Assembly: GCA_035490095.1 (NCBI GenBank)
Contig: DATHHQ010000325.1
Coordinates: 1-62,759 of the forward strand
Reading direction: 5' to 3'
DNA: 62,759 bases
DNA from: Bradyrhizobium sp.
GTDB taxonomy: Bacteria > Pseudomonadota > Alphaproteobacteria > Rhizobiales > Xanthobacteraceae
Shown here: positions 29,104-37,936 of the stretch, in pieces
How the letters are laid out: each line of letters starts with the position of its first letter
How positions within the stretch are numbered: the stretch's first letter is position 1
Made by a program: the position numbers and the translations under genes
The notes under the pieces: model-generated
Told to the model about the DNA's origin: nothing
The model's input: only the letters and a program-made list of their open reading frames with translations
The model's database searches: none

Positions 29104-30909
29104 TTACCTTCGCACCCGCCATACGGAAATTTTGTGCGTGGGGTCGAGGTCGAGCCGCTCAAGGAAGTCAGGCGTTTCGCCGCGGCCAAGCCGCGCCGCT
29201 AATCCGTCTGCAGCGAATTCGACAAGATCCTGCTCGGGAGCTGTCGAACAAATCACAACGTAGTCGACGCGACGATCCGATAGTATTTGACGCGCGGTCG
29301 GTACTGGCGCCAGCATCAGCTTGATCATCGCGAGGTTGCCGTCGTTATTGCGATGGTATGGCCCTGCAAAAACCGCGTGATCGGTGTCGGCAAGAATCAA
29401 CGGTCCAAGATCGATCGGCGCCATCACACGTCCCTTCGGAAGTTGTGTCATGGAAGCGACATCGGACACGGTCCGGCACGTTGACGCGCCTCGTTCGGCT
29501 ATTGTCATCTGCGGCTTGAAGATCAGGTCGATCAGCGGCTTCGCCGAGAGGCCCAAGGCTGCAAAGCTCGCCGGTGACAGCGCGAGTGCCAACAGGACCA
29601 GGTTTCGTCCAGCGGCAAGCGTTGGCCACAGAACGGCCAGGCTCGCGGCAAAAATCGGCGCTGCCACCATCGATGCCGCCGCAGAGACCCGCATTTCCCA
29701 AACGCTAAGCCCGATCAGCGCGGCCAGCGTCGTGATGCCAAGGATCCAGCGGAACCGCACAAGCGGATTGGACCGCATCAGCGCCGCCGACGCAAAGCCC
29801 ATCGTCATCAATGGAAATCCGTAGAAGCCGAGGACTTTTTGCGGCATGAGCTGCAGCATCGTGGCGAGTGACATCGATTCGACGACCTTGTCGACCCAAA
29901 ATGATGTCACAAGCGGATCGAGCTGTGCGTAAGGCGACGCAATGCATCCCGCAAACTGGGAAAGGAACGCGCTGACCATGACGATTGCTGACGCTGCCCC
30001 CGTAGCCAGCCGCAGGCGCAGCGTGGAGTGATAGCGATCAATTCCGACCATGATCATCAGACTGATGCCGCCGCCGGCGACCAGCAGCAGCACCGGCCCA
30101 CCGAAGGCGTCGCAGACTGGCAACGCCAGCGAGGGCAGTGGAAGCAATGCCGATGCGAGCAGCAGCGATGATGCCGCCAGGCCCGCTCCGAAGGCGCCGA
30201 CCTGTCGCGAGACGGATGCACCGCGCCAGATAAGAAGGCCAGCTACGGCGAGACCTATCGCTGCGATGGCGGGCAGCATTTCAATGCCGATCGCCAGTGA
30301 TAGCGATGCCGCCAGGCCGCCCAGCGCGGCCTTGACCGCACTCCGCTCGATCTGTGACGTCAGCAAGACCAGGGCGAGCAACAAGACGATCTGCGCGTTG
30401 TGGTGATCAATCGCACCCGGCCGGAAATGGATCAGCGCCGGCGCGGCCAGCACTGCCAGCACCACTGCCGTGATCTGCGCGTTAACGACGCCGTTACTCA
30501 TTTGCCTGGCAATCGCCGCGACCAGCGCAAGCGCGGCCGCAAGCATTAGCGCCGGCCAAACAAACAGCGTCACGGTTTCCGCGCCGTGCGTTCCAATCAG
30601 CGGCCTCAGCAACAGGATCAACGCGGCTAGGGGTACGTCGACGACGCGCGACCAGTGCATCGACGTGCCAGGCGGATCCAATCGATATTGGAACAGGTCG
30701 AACCAGCCTTGCCCACCGATCCAGTCGCGAACCTGGACCAGCCGCATGGCGTCATCCGTAGACATGGCATCGAAGACACCGCCGCGGATCGCGGGCAACC
30801 CGATGGCGACCGCAGCCGTCAGCCACAGCACCGGCAGCAAGACATTTGGATTGGCGCCGGGTCGCTGTTTCAGCGCGGCCTGGCCCGAGGTCGAACTGAG
30901 GTCGGACAT
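29104..30909 (-). CDS. Polytopic membrane protein, probable GT-C-fold glycosyltransferase (STT3/AglB-like architecture)
   Basis: Many TM segments, TDDAMR acidic first loop, IDHH motif, soluble C-terminal domain with APIDLG. Confidence 0.6.
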   Translation of the reverse strand: MSDLSSTSGQAALKQRPGANPNVLLPVLWLTAAVAIGLPAIRGGVFDAMSTDDAMRLVQVRDWIGGQGWFDLFQYRLDPPGTSMHWSRVVDVPLAALILLLRPLIGTHGAETVTLFVWPALMLAAALALVAAIARQMSNGVVNAQITAVVLAVLAAPALIHFRPGAIDHHNAQIVLLLALVLLTSQIERSAVKAALGGLAASLSLAIGIEMLPAIAAIGLAVAGLLIWRGASVSRQVGAFGAGLAASSLLLASALLPLPSLALPVCDAFGGPVLLLVAGGGISLMIMVGIDRYHSTLRLRLATGAASAIVMVSAFLSQFAGCIASPYAQLDPLVTSFWVDKVVESMSLATMLQLMPQKVLGFYGFPLMTMGFASAALMRSNPLVRFRWILGITTLAALIGLSVWEMRVSAAASMVAAPIFAASLAVLWPTLAAGRNLVLLALALSPASFAALGLSAKPLIDLIFKPQMTIAERGASTCRTVSDVASMTQLPKGRVMAPIDLGPLILADTDHAVFAGPYHRNNDGNLAMIKLMLAPVPTARQILSDRRVDYVVICSTAPEQDLVEFAADGLAARLGRGETPDFLERLDLDPTHKISVWRVRR

Positions 30910-30936
30910 GGCTCCTCAAGCGCTTCTAAATCAGGC

Positions 30937-30951
30937 GCAAACGTCGTGCCA
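30937..30951 (-). promoter_or_regulatory. sigma54 (-24/-12) promoter
   Basis: Minus strand reads TGGCAC-GACGT-TTGC, ending 28 bp before the ATG at 30909 and leaving room for the GAGGAG RBS. Confidence 0.7.
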
Positions 30952-31170
30952 ATGTGCACCGGCACCCGTTAAGCAATCCCTATGCAATCATCGCCGCGCC
31001 TGCCCGAGGCACCGGAGAAACCGGCGCTGGGACGCCAAATGCGGTCTTTATTTACGTAGACCGGAGCAGAAAGTGGAAACGATTCGAGGCCATAATCCAC
31101 TTGAACCAAGCCACCAGACGGCCCCGAAATCGGGTACGACTTCTATCCGGGGGCATTGCTGGAGTTGGAT

Positions 31171-31902
31171 ATGGCGCGCATAGGTACTCGAGCTGAGGTC
31201 TGGTTTTCCAATGTGGTCGCTTCTTTTGCGCGCTACGTCGCGGAAAGAACGCTATCCGAATCCGTTCCAATGCTGATGCGCCATGATGCTGTGGTGGACT
31301 CCTTCAATTACGCCAAAGAAAACATGAAAGGTGCGTACTCGTTTCTGGATCGATTTGACGGTTTGGGTCTTTCGATCAAGGAGGCAAAGCGAAGATTTCC
31401 TTCCCGCAAACTCGTACTGGAGTTTGGGGTCTACAAGGGTGGAATGATTAACTACCAGGCCAGGAAATTTCCCGGACTGGATTTTGTCGGATTTGATAGT
31501 TTTGAAGGTTTGCGGGAACAATGGAGCGGTATGGCTCCGGAAAAAACGTTTGATCTCGGCGGCAGGCTGCCAAGGGTTCGGCGCAATGTCGGCTTGGTGA
31601 AAGGATGGTTCGCGGAGTCAGGACCGCGCTGGAAAATGGCAAATCCCGCCTCCGGCATCCCGCTGCTGGTACACGTTGACTGCGACACTTACGCCGCAAC
31701 GGTCGACGTGCTGGAATTCTGTTCTGACTACGTCGAACATGGTCTGGTTATTCATTTTGACGACTACTTTGGATTTCCCGATTGGAGAACCGGCGGATTC
31801 AAGGCGCTGAAGGAAATCTCGGAAAAACGGCGATGGCGCCTGACCTATTTGTCGTACGGAACAAAAGAGGTGGCGGTTCTGGCGGAAATGAATGTTGGCT
31901 GA
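31171..31902 (+). CDS. TylF/MycF/NovP-like SAM-dependent O-methyltransferase
   Basis: LEFGVYKG, GFDSFEGL, LVKGWF, HVDCDTY, FDDY. Confidence 0.88.
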   Translation: MARIGTRAEVWFSNVVASFARYVAERTLSESVPMLMRHDAVVDSFNYAKENMKGAYSFLDRFDGLGLSIKEAKRRFPSRKLVLEFGVYKGGMINYQARKFPGLDFVGFDSFEGLREQWSGMAPEKTFDLGGRLPRVRRNVGLVKGWFAESGPRWKMANPASGIPLLVHVDCDTYAATVDVLEFCSDYVEHGLVIHFDDYFGFPDWRTGGFKALKEISEKRRWRLTYLSYGTKEVAVLAEMNVG

Positions 31903-32042
31903 CGTGGTTGCGCGATAAATTGGCGCACGCGCATTGACCTTTCATTAAGCCTTCAAGCGACGCTTCCGCGAGCGGCGATAAGCCGAACCTTAACGAAGTT
32001 CTGCGCAAATGCGACCCGAAACCCCGAGGGATCGCGCCGCGC

Positions 32043-33554
32043 ATGACCACAGATGCAGACATTTTCGTAATCGGCGCCGGGCCCGCCGGCCTCACCACCG
32101 CTTACTGCCTGACCAAGGAAACATCGTCGGTCATCGTGATCGAGAAAGATCCGGTCTATGTCGGCGGCATTAGCCGCACCGTGCGGCACGGGAATTTCCT
32201 GTTCGACATCGGTGGCCATCGGTTTTTCTCCAAGGCCAAGGAAGTCGTCGACCTCTGGCACGAGATCCTGCCTGACGACTTCATCACGCGGCCGCGGCTA
32301 TCGCGCATCTATTATGGCGGCAAATTCTATTCCTATCCGTTGAGCGCGTTCCAGGCGCTGCGCAATCTCGGGATCGTCACCAGCGCCGCCTGCATGCTGT
32401 CCTATGCCCATGCCAAGCTATTCCCGATCGCGTCGCCTCGCAGCTTCCACGATTGGGTGCGCAATCAGTTCGGCGAGCGCCTGTTTCAGATTTTCTTCAA
32501 AACCTACACCGAGAAAGTGTGGGGCATGTCCTGCGACGACATCTCCGCCGACTGGGCGGCGCAGCGTATCAAGGGACTGGATCTTCGCGTCGCCGTCATG
32601 AGCGCGCTGAAACACTCGTTCGGGCTCAAACCAAAAGCCGTTGCGGGCGGCGATGTCGTCAAGACGTTGATCGAGACCTTTCAATATCCGCGCAGGGGTC
32701 CCGGCATGATGTGGGAAGCCGCGGCCGCCAAGATTACGGAGCGCGGCGGCCAAATTCTGATGGGGCGCGAGCTGGTCGAACTCGCTTACGATGAAGCCCA
32801 CAAGCTCTGGCGCATCGGAGTCGCGACGTCACACGGAAAACGCGAGAGTTATACGGCCCGCCACGTCGTGAGCTCTGCGCCGGTACGCGAGCTGGTGAAC
32901 AAATTGTCGCCGAAACCGATCTCGCTGCTGCACGCGCGCGCGCTGCGCTACCGTGATTTCCTCACCGTTGCGCTGATGATCGACAAAACCGATGTTTTTG
33001 CCGACAACTGGATCTATATCCATGATCCGTCGGTGAAGGTCGGCCGTGTGCAGAATTTCGGCTCGTGGTCGCCCGAGATGGCGCCGGTCGGCATGACCTG
33101 CCTTGGCCTCGAGTATTTCTGCTTTGAGGACGACGGCCTGTGGACGATGTCCGACGAGGAACTGATCGCGCTCGCCACGCGCGAGGTCGTCAAGGTCGGT
33201 TTGGCCGCCGCCACCGATGTGGTCGACGGCTGCGTGGTGCGCCAGCAAAAGGCCTATCCCGTCTATGACGACGCCTATCGCGACCATATGGCGGTGATCC
33301 GGCGCGACCTCGAGCAAAGCTATCCGAGCCTGCATCTGATCGGCCGAAACGGAATGCACAAATACAATAATCAGGATCACGCCATGATGACGGCGATGCT
33401 GACGGCGCGGAACATTCTGGCCGGCGAACGCATCTACGACATATGGCAGGTCAACGAGGACGCAGAATATCACGAAGCGGGAACGTCGAGCGCGCAGGCA
33501 GCGCTTTCGAGCGAGCGCCTGGTGCCGCTCAAGGCGACCACCCGGGCGGCCTGA
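32043..33554 (+). CDS. NAD(P)/FAD-dependent oxidoreductase (UDP-galactopyranose mutase/HemY-like superfamily)
   Basis: GAGPAG, DIGGHRFFSK, YTEKVWG, GRNGMHKYNNQDH. Confidence 0.88.
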   Translation: MTTDADIFVIGAGPAGLTTAYCLTKETSSVIVIEKDPVYVGGISRTVRHGNFLFDIGGHRFFSKAKEVVDLWHEILPDDFITRPRLSRIYYGGKFYSYPLSAFQALRNLGIVTSAACMLSYAHAKLFPIASPRSFHDWVRNQFGERLFQIFFKTYTEKVWGMSCDDISADWAAQRIKGLDLRVAVMSALKHSFGLKPKAVAGGDVVKTLIETFQYPRRGPGMMWEAAAAKITERGGQILMGRELVELAYDEAHKLWRIGVATSHGKRESYTARHVVSSAPVRELVNKLSPKPISLLHARALRYRDFLTVALMIDKTDVFADNWIYIHDPSVKVGRVQNFGSWSPEMAPVGMTCLGLEYFCFEDDGLWTMSDEELIALATREVVKVGLAAATDVVDGCVVRQQKAYPVYDDAYRDHMAVIRRDLEQSYPSLHLIGRNGMHKYNNQDHAMMTAMLTARNILAGERIYDIWQVNEDAEYHEAGTSSAQAALSSERLVPLKATTRAA

Positions 33555-33576
33555 AGCTCTGCGCCTGCACGGCCAG

Positions 33577-33658
33577 TTGATGCAGTATCGAACGCACGAT
33601 CTGCTGATTCGCCGACTGGCCCAAATTGATCAATGCATTGCGGGCGCATTTCGACGAA
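33577..33658 (+). pseudogene. IS110-family transposase relic
   Basis: LMQYRTHDLLIRRLAQ, one extra A at 33625, then LINALRAHFDE; resembles the IS110 segment LMLHRTRDLLIRQRTQLINALRAHLAE. Confidence 0.65.
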
Positions 33659-33840
33659 GAACGCATGCTCGCCAATCTGAAAAAAGCCGAACGTCGATCC
33701 CGCAATCGCCGCGATCCCGATGCAAGGTTCTCCTGGGGTCCGAGAAATGACCGGACCCTGGCAAGATCCGTGCATCGTGATGATTTCAAGTGGGCCCAAG
33801 GCCGATCTACGTGAACCATTCGAACCGAACGGGTGCTCTC

Positions 33841-34794
33841 ATGATTCGACTCATGATCATTTGCTTGCTCGGACTTCTCTCAATCTCATTGAGTAGTTTT
33901 GGCGCCTCTGCACAAAGCTGCAGCGCGGACCCGGTAGCCGTGCAAATCCTTGGTTCCGGCGGTCCCCGACTTAATCCATTTCGTTCCTCGTCGAGCTACC
34001 TTCTTTGGCTCAATGGTCAGGCAAGAATACTTGTCGATATGGGTGGTGGGGCTCACCATCGCTTCGGCCAGTCACAAGCGAAACTTGAAGATTTGTGGAT
34101 GGTCGGCATAAGCCACCTTCATCCCGACCACGTTTCCGACCTACCTGCATTCCTGTGGCAGAGCCATGAGCTTCGCAAGGAGCCGTTGATTATCTTCGGT
34201 CCCTCCGGCAATGACGCCGCGCCAGATTTTTCCACGTTCCTCAGCCGGCTTTTCGATGAGAAGACTGGCGCATTTCCGGTACTCGGCTCCACGTTGGGCG
34301 CTTCGCAGCGAGCCGGTGCTGGAGGCGTGCGGCTCGATATCGGAAGAGTTGTGCCCGGAGGCGTTCGTCTCGATGTCGGCGTGGTCGATGTCGCGAAAGC
34401 AGATCCGTCGACGGTGTTCCATCGCGAGGGGACAACAGTGACTGCGCTGGGAATACCGCATGGAAATATGCCGACTTTGGCGTACCGCGTGCAAACCGGG
34501 AATGTATCGGTCGTCTTCAGCTCCGATCAGAACGGAACCGATCCAAAATTCGCTCAGTTCGCGAAAGGCGCCAACGTCTTGATTATGCATCTTGCCATCG
34601 CGCCGGGTGTAGAAACTCCTCTACATGCGACACCTGCAGTCGTGGGCCGCATCGCGCAGGAGGCGGGTGTTGGACAACTCATCGTTAGCCATATCGGCCT
34701 GTTCAAACTCGATGCGGCCATCGCTGACCTACGAAAATTCTACACCGGCCCGCTCACCGTCGGGGCCGATATGCAATGCACGGCAGTGCAGTAA
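33841..34794 (+). CDS. Secreted MBL-fold hydrolase (RNase Z/arylsulfatase-like)
   Basis: Signal peptide, ILGSGGP, SHLHPDH, FSSD, LIVSH. Confidence 0.88.
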   Translation: MIRLMIICLLGLLSISLSSFGASAQSCSADPVAVQILGSGGPRLNPFRSSSSYLLWLNGQARILVDMGGGAHHRFGQSQAKLEDLWMVGISHLHPDHVSDLPAFLWQSHELRKEPLIIFGPSGNDAAPDFSTFLSRLFDEKTGAFPVLGSTLGASQRAGAGGVRLDIGRVVPGGVRLDVGVVDVAKADPSTVFHREGTTVTALGIPHGNMPTLAYRVQTGNVSVVFSSDQNGTDPKFAQFAKGANVLIMHLAIAPGVETPLHATPAVVGRIAQEAGVGQLIVSHIGLFKLDAAIADLRKFYTGPLTVGADMQCTAVQ

Positions 34795-34811
34795 AGCCCG
34801 ATCGCTACCAC

Positions 34812-34856
34812 GAGGTCGGCTTATGGCAATACCTTTCGGACCTCGCGCGATGCCCG
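34812..34856 (-). repeat. Inverted copy of the GTGCC-type hairpin element
   Basis: GGTCGGCTTATGGCAATACCTTTCGGACCTCGCGCGATGCCCG aligns to the reverse complement of 53131-53172. Confidence 0.55.
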
Positions 34857-34878
34857 ATGGCTTAACGCCAGCATCAAC

Positions 34879-35649
34879 TTAAACCGCGAGCACGTCACCG
34901 ATGCGGCTTCGAATAAGCTCGCGTTCTTCCTGACCGGTGCCGCCGTCGAAGCTGACGTCGTAGGCGATCTTCGCGGGACGTTTCAGCACCACGATCCGGT
35001 CGCCGATTTCCAGCGCTTCGCTGATCGAATGGGTGATGAATACCGCCGTCTTGCCGTTTTCCTTGACCAGCTGGACGAATTCCGCGCGCAGCCTTCCGGC
35101 GGTCGATTCATCGAGCGCCGAGAACGGCTCGTCGCAGAGCAGAATATTGGCATTGGTTGCGAACGCGCGCGCGATCGAGACGCGCTGCCGCATGCCGCCC
35201 GACAGCGCGTGCGGATAGTCGTTCTCGTGCCCGCCGAGTCCAAGTTTTGTCAGCCAGAGCTGCGCCGTCGTTCGCCGCTCCGCGGCCGGCGTGTCGAGCA
35301 TCTCGAGCCCCAGTTCGACGTTCTGGATGGCGGTGCGCCACGGCAGCAGCCGGTCGTTCTGGAACACGATCGCGATTCCGCCGCGAAACGAGTCGAAATC
35401 GGCGAACGGATCGCGCCCGCTGACACGCACGGTGCCGCTGGTCGGCTCGGTCAGCCCGGCAATCATGTTGAAGATGGTCGACTTGCCGCAGCCGGTCTTG
35501 CCCAGTAACGCCAGCATCTGGCCGGGGCGAACGTCGAGATTGAGATCGTCCACCGCGCGGTACGACGCCTCGGCGCCTTCCTTGCCAAATATTTTTGAAA
35601 CCTTGTCGAGGTGAATGGCCGCGTCAGCCGACGTCACGATATCTCTCAT
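34879..35649 (-). CDS. ABC ATP-binding protein, NitT/TauT family
   Basis: GKTGCGKS, LSGGMRQR, LCDEPF. Confidence 0.92.
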   Translation of the reverse strand: MRDIVTSADAAIHLDKVSKIFGKEGAEASYRAVDDLNLDVRPGQMLALLGKTGCGKSTIFNMIAGLTEPTSGTVRVSGRDPFADFDSFRGGIAIVFQNDRLLPWRTAIQNVELGLEMLDTPAAERRTTAQLWLTKLGLGGHENDYPHALSGGMRQRVSIARAFATNANILLCDEPFSALDESTAGRLRAEFVQLVKENGKTAVFITHSISEALEIGDRIVVLKRPAKIAYDVSFDGGTGQEERELIRSRIGDVLAV

Positions 35650-36461
35650 ATCGCGCGCTCCGACACGGCGCGATAACGAAACGCGGTGTTTTCGATCAGC
35701 GTCAACGCGCCCTGCACGATCAGCACGAAGAACACCAGCTGCAGCGTCCAGGCCAGCGCGCCGGCCATGTCGAACAGCTGCTGTTGCTGCAGCAATTGGT
35801 AGCCGACACCGCCGGTAGCGCCGACCAGTTCGGCGACGACGACCACGCGCGAGGCGTTGCCGAGATTGACTTTCCACGCCGTCAGAATGTCCGGCAGGAT
35901 CGCCGGCGCGATCATGACCCGAAACAGCTTGATCCGGGTGGGGCGGAAGCTGAACACCATCTCCATGAGATCCTTGGACATCGCGCGCAAGGCGCCCAGC
36001 ACCTGAAACGTGAACGCCGGGAGCGTCGTCATCACCATGATGAAGAAGATACGAAACTCAACGCCATGAAACCAGATGATGGCGAACACCACCCAGGACA
36101 AAGCGGGAATGCCCTGGAACAGCGTCAGGATCGGAGCAAGGAACTTATCGACGGCGCGCGAGCGCACCATCAATAACGCGAGCAGGCCGCCGATCAAGAA
36201 AGCGCCGGCAAGCCCCGCCAGGATGCGAAGGATCGTCGACAGCACATCGGCGAACATCGTCCCGCTGGAGAAGATTTCGAGGCAGCGCCAGAACACATCG
36301 ATCAGCGATGGAAACAGAAAGCGCGGGAAAAACAGCGAAGCGAATTGCCAGATCAGGATCACCACGACGAAAGGCAGTACCGACGACCCCAGCCGCTTCA
36401 TCGCTTCAAGCAGCATGGTGGCCGGCGCCGGCGCTCCGGCTTGAGGCGCGGTCGCGCTCAT
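35646..36461 (-). CDS. ABC permease, NitT/TauT family
   Basis: Hydrophobic; VVAELVGATGGVG. Confidence 0.9.
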   Translation of the reverse strand: MSATAPQAGAPAPATMLLEAMKRLGSSVLPFVVVILIWQFASLFFPRFLFPSLIDVFWRCLEIFSSGTMFADVLSTILRILAGLAGAFLIGGLLALLMVRSRAVDKFLAPILTLFQGIPALSWVVFAIIWFHGVEFRIFFIMVMTTLPAFTFQVLGALRAMSKDLMEMVFSFRPTRIKLFRVMIAPAILPDILTAWKVNLGNASRVVVVAELVGATGGVGYQLLQQQQLFDMAGALAWTLQLVFFVLIVQGALTLIENTAFRYRAVSERAI

Positions 36462-37429
36462 TTGCCCGGCGCCTGATAGATCGTGGCGGCGGCGGGATCG
36501 GATGGGAGGAAGGCGATCGATTTTCCGGCTGAATAGACCGAGTTGATTTCCTTTCGCACGTCGGAAGCCCATTGTACGTTCATGCCAAGCCGGTCATTGG
36601 CGCGAATGAGTTCCGCGATCGCCTTCTGGTCGTCAGGCGTTCCCTTCGGCGCAATCAGTTTCGACGCATCATCGGGATGTGCTGTGACCCATTCGGAGGC
36701 TTCTTTGTAGGCCGCGTAAAGTTTTGGGATCAGCTTCGGGTTTTTTTCCACCCAATCGATATGGGCGGCGACGCCGAGATAGGGAATGTTGCGGCTGCCG
36801 GTGAATTTCTTCCAGCTCTCGGCAATGGCGATGTCGATGGTTCGCATGTCGCTCTTCTTCGACAGCAGGGTGGTATAGGCCGGCTCCCAGATCTGGACGG
36901 CCGCCGCGCGATCGGCGACGGCATAACCGATCAGACCGGGGGTCGCGGTGTTGATGACCGCAAACTTCGCGGTATCGGCGCCGAGCTGCCGCGCGAACCA
37001 ATCGAACATCACCCAGTTGGTGGTACCCTTTGCCGCGGCGACTTCCTTGCCTTCGAGATCCCGCAGCGTCTTGATCTCGGGCCGGGAGGTGACCACCGCG
37101 CCCCAGTAATCGAACAGGTTGAAGAGATAGGTCACTTTGACGCCGCGCGTGTCGGCAAGGCCGACCGTCAGCAAGGACGCGCTGCCGCCAAGCTTGAATT
37201 CGCCGGAGTTGAATTGCGCGGTATAGGCGTCGGGCGTGCGTTCCTCGAACTTGATCGCAAGACCGTTCTTCTCGTCGAGCTTTCGCGTTTTGATCACCGG
37301 GGGCAAAAACGCACCGAGCGACGGCGGGCCGAATACGACGATCGAAATCGGTTCCGGCGCCTGAGCGAATGCAGGCACCGCCCACGACAGCGCCAGGGCG
37401 CAGGCAAGGCTGATGCGAATTTTACTCAT
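36458..37429 (-). CDS. ABC substrate-binding protein, TauA/SsuA-like
   Basis: Signal peptide, IKTLRDLEGKEV, WEP motif. Confidence 0.88.
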   Translation of the reverse strand: MSKIRISLACALALSWAVPAFAQAPEPISIVVFGPPSLGAFLPPVIKTRKLDEKNGLAIKFEERTPDAYTAQFNSGEFKLGGSASLLTVGLADTRGVKVTYLFNLFDYWGAVVTSRPEIKTLRDLEGKEVAAAKGTTNWVMFDWFARQLGADTAKFAVINTATPGLIGYAVADRAAAVQIWEPAYTTLLSKKSDMRTIDIAIAESWKKFTGSRNIPYLGVAAHIDWVEKNPKLIPKLYAAYKEASEWVTAHPDDASKLIAPKGTPDDQKAIAELIRANDRLGMNVQWASDVRKEINSVYSAGKSIAFLPSDPAAATIYQAPGK

Positions 37430-37458
37430 GGCCGTCCTCCCGAAATTTCTCGTCAAAG

Positions 37459-37926
37459 CTATTCCGCCGCACCCTCGACCGGCGTCTCGAATTCCTTGCG
37501 CAGCGCCGTAAAAAACCGTCCGACAAGATGCTTCGAGACGCTGCTCAATATCCTCTGGCCGACGCCCGCGACCAGCCCGCCGATTTCACCGGCGCCCTGA
37601 AACGTCAGGCGCGACGCGGCCGGTCCCTCCGGTTCGATCTGGAAGCGCGCGCTGCCGTTGCCGTGGCCCAGCGTGCCGGCGCCGGAGACCTTGATGCTGC
37701 AGGCTTTCGGCGGCTCCTTGTCCGACAGCGCGATCTCGCCCTCGAACGAGCCGCCCACCGCCGCGACGCGCAGCTGCATCTCGACCTTGTAGGCGTCGGG
37801 CGCGATCTCGGTCATGGTCTTGCAGCCCGGGATACAGCGCGTCAACACCGTGGGATCGTTGAGCGCTTTCCAGAGCACGTCAACCGGAGCCTGAATGGTT
37901 TCGACACCGCCGATATCGAGTTTCAT
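37459..37926 (-). CDS. coxG: CoxG/SRPBCC-family protein
   Basis: LWKALNDPTVLTRCIPGC, GGLVAGVGQR. Confidence 0.88.
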   Translation of the reverse strand: MKLDIGGVETIQAPVDVLWKALNDPTVLTRCIPGCKTMTEIAPDAYKVEMQLRVAAVGGSFEGEIALSDKEPPKACSIKVSGAGTLGHGNGSARFQIEPEGPAASRLTFQGAGEIGGLVAGVGQRILSSVSKHLVGRFFTALRKEFETPVEGAAE

Positions 37927-37936
37927 GGATACGTCC

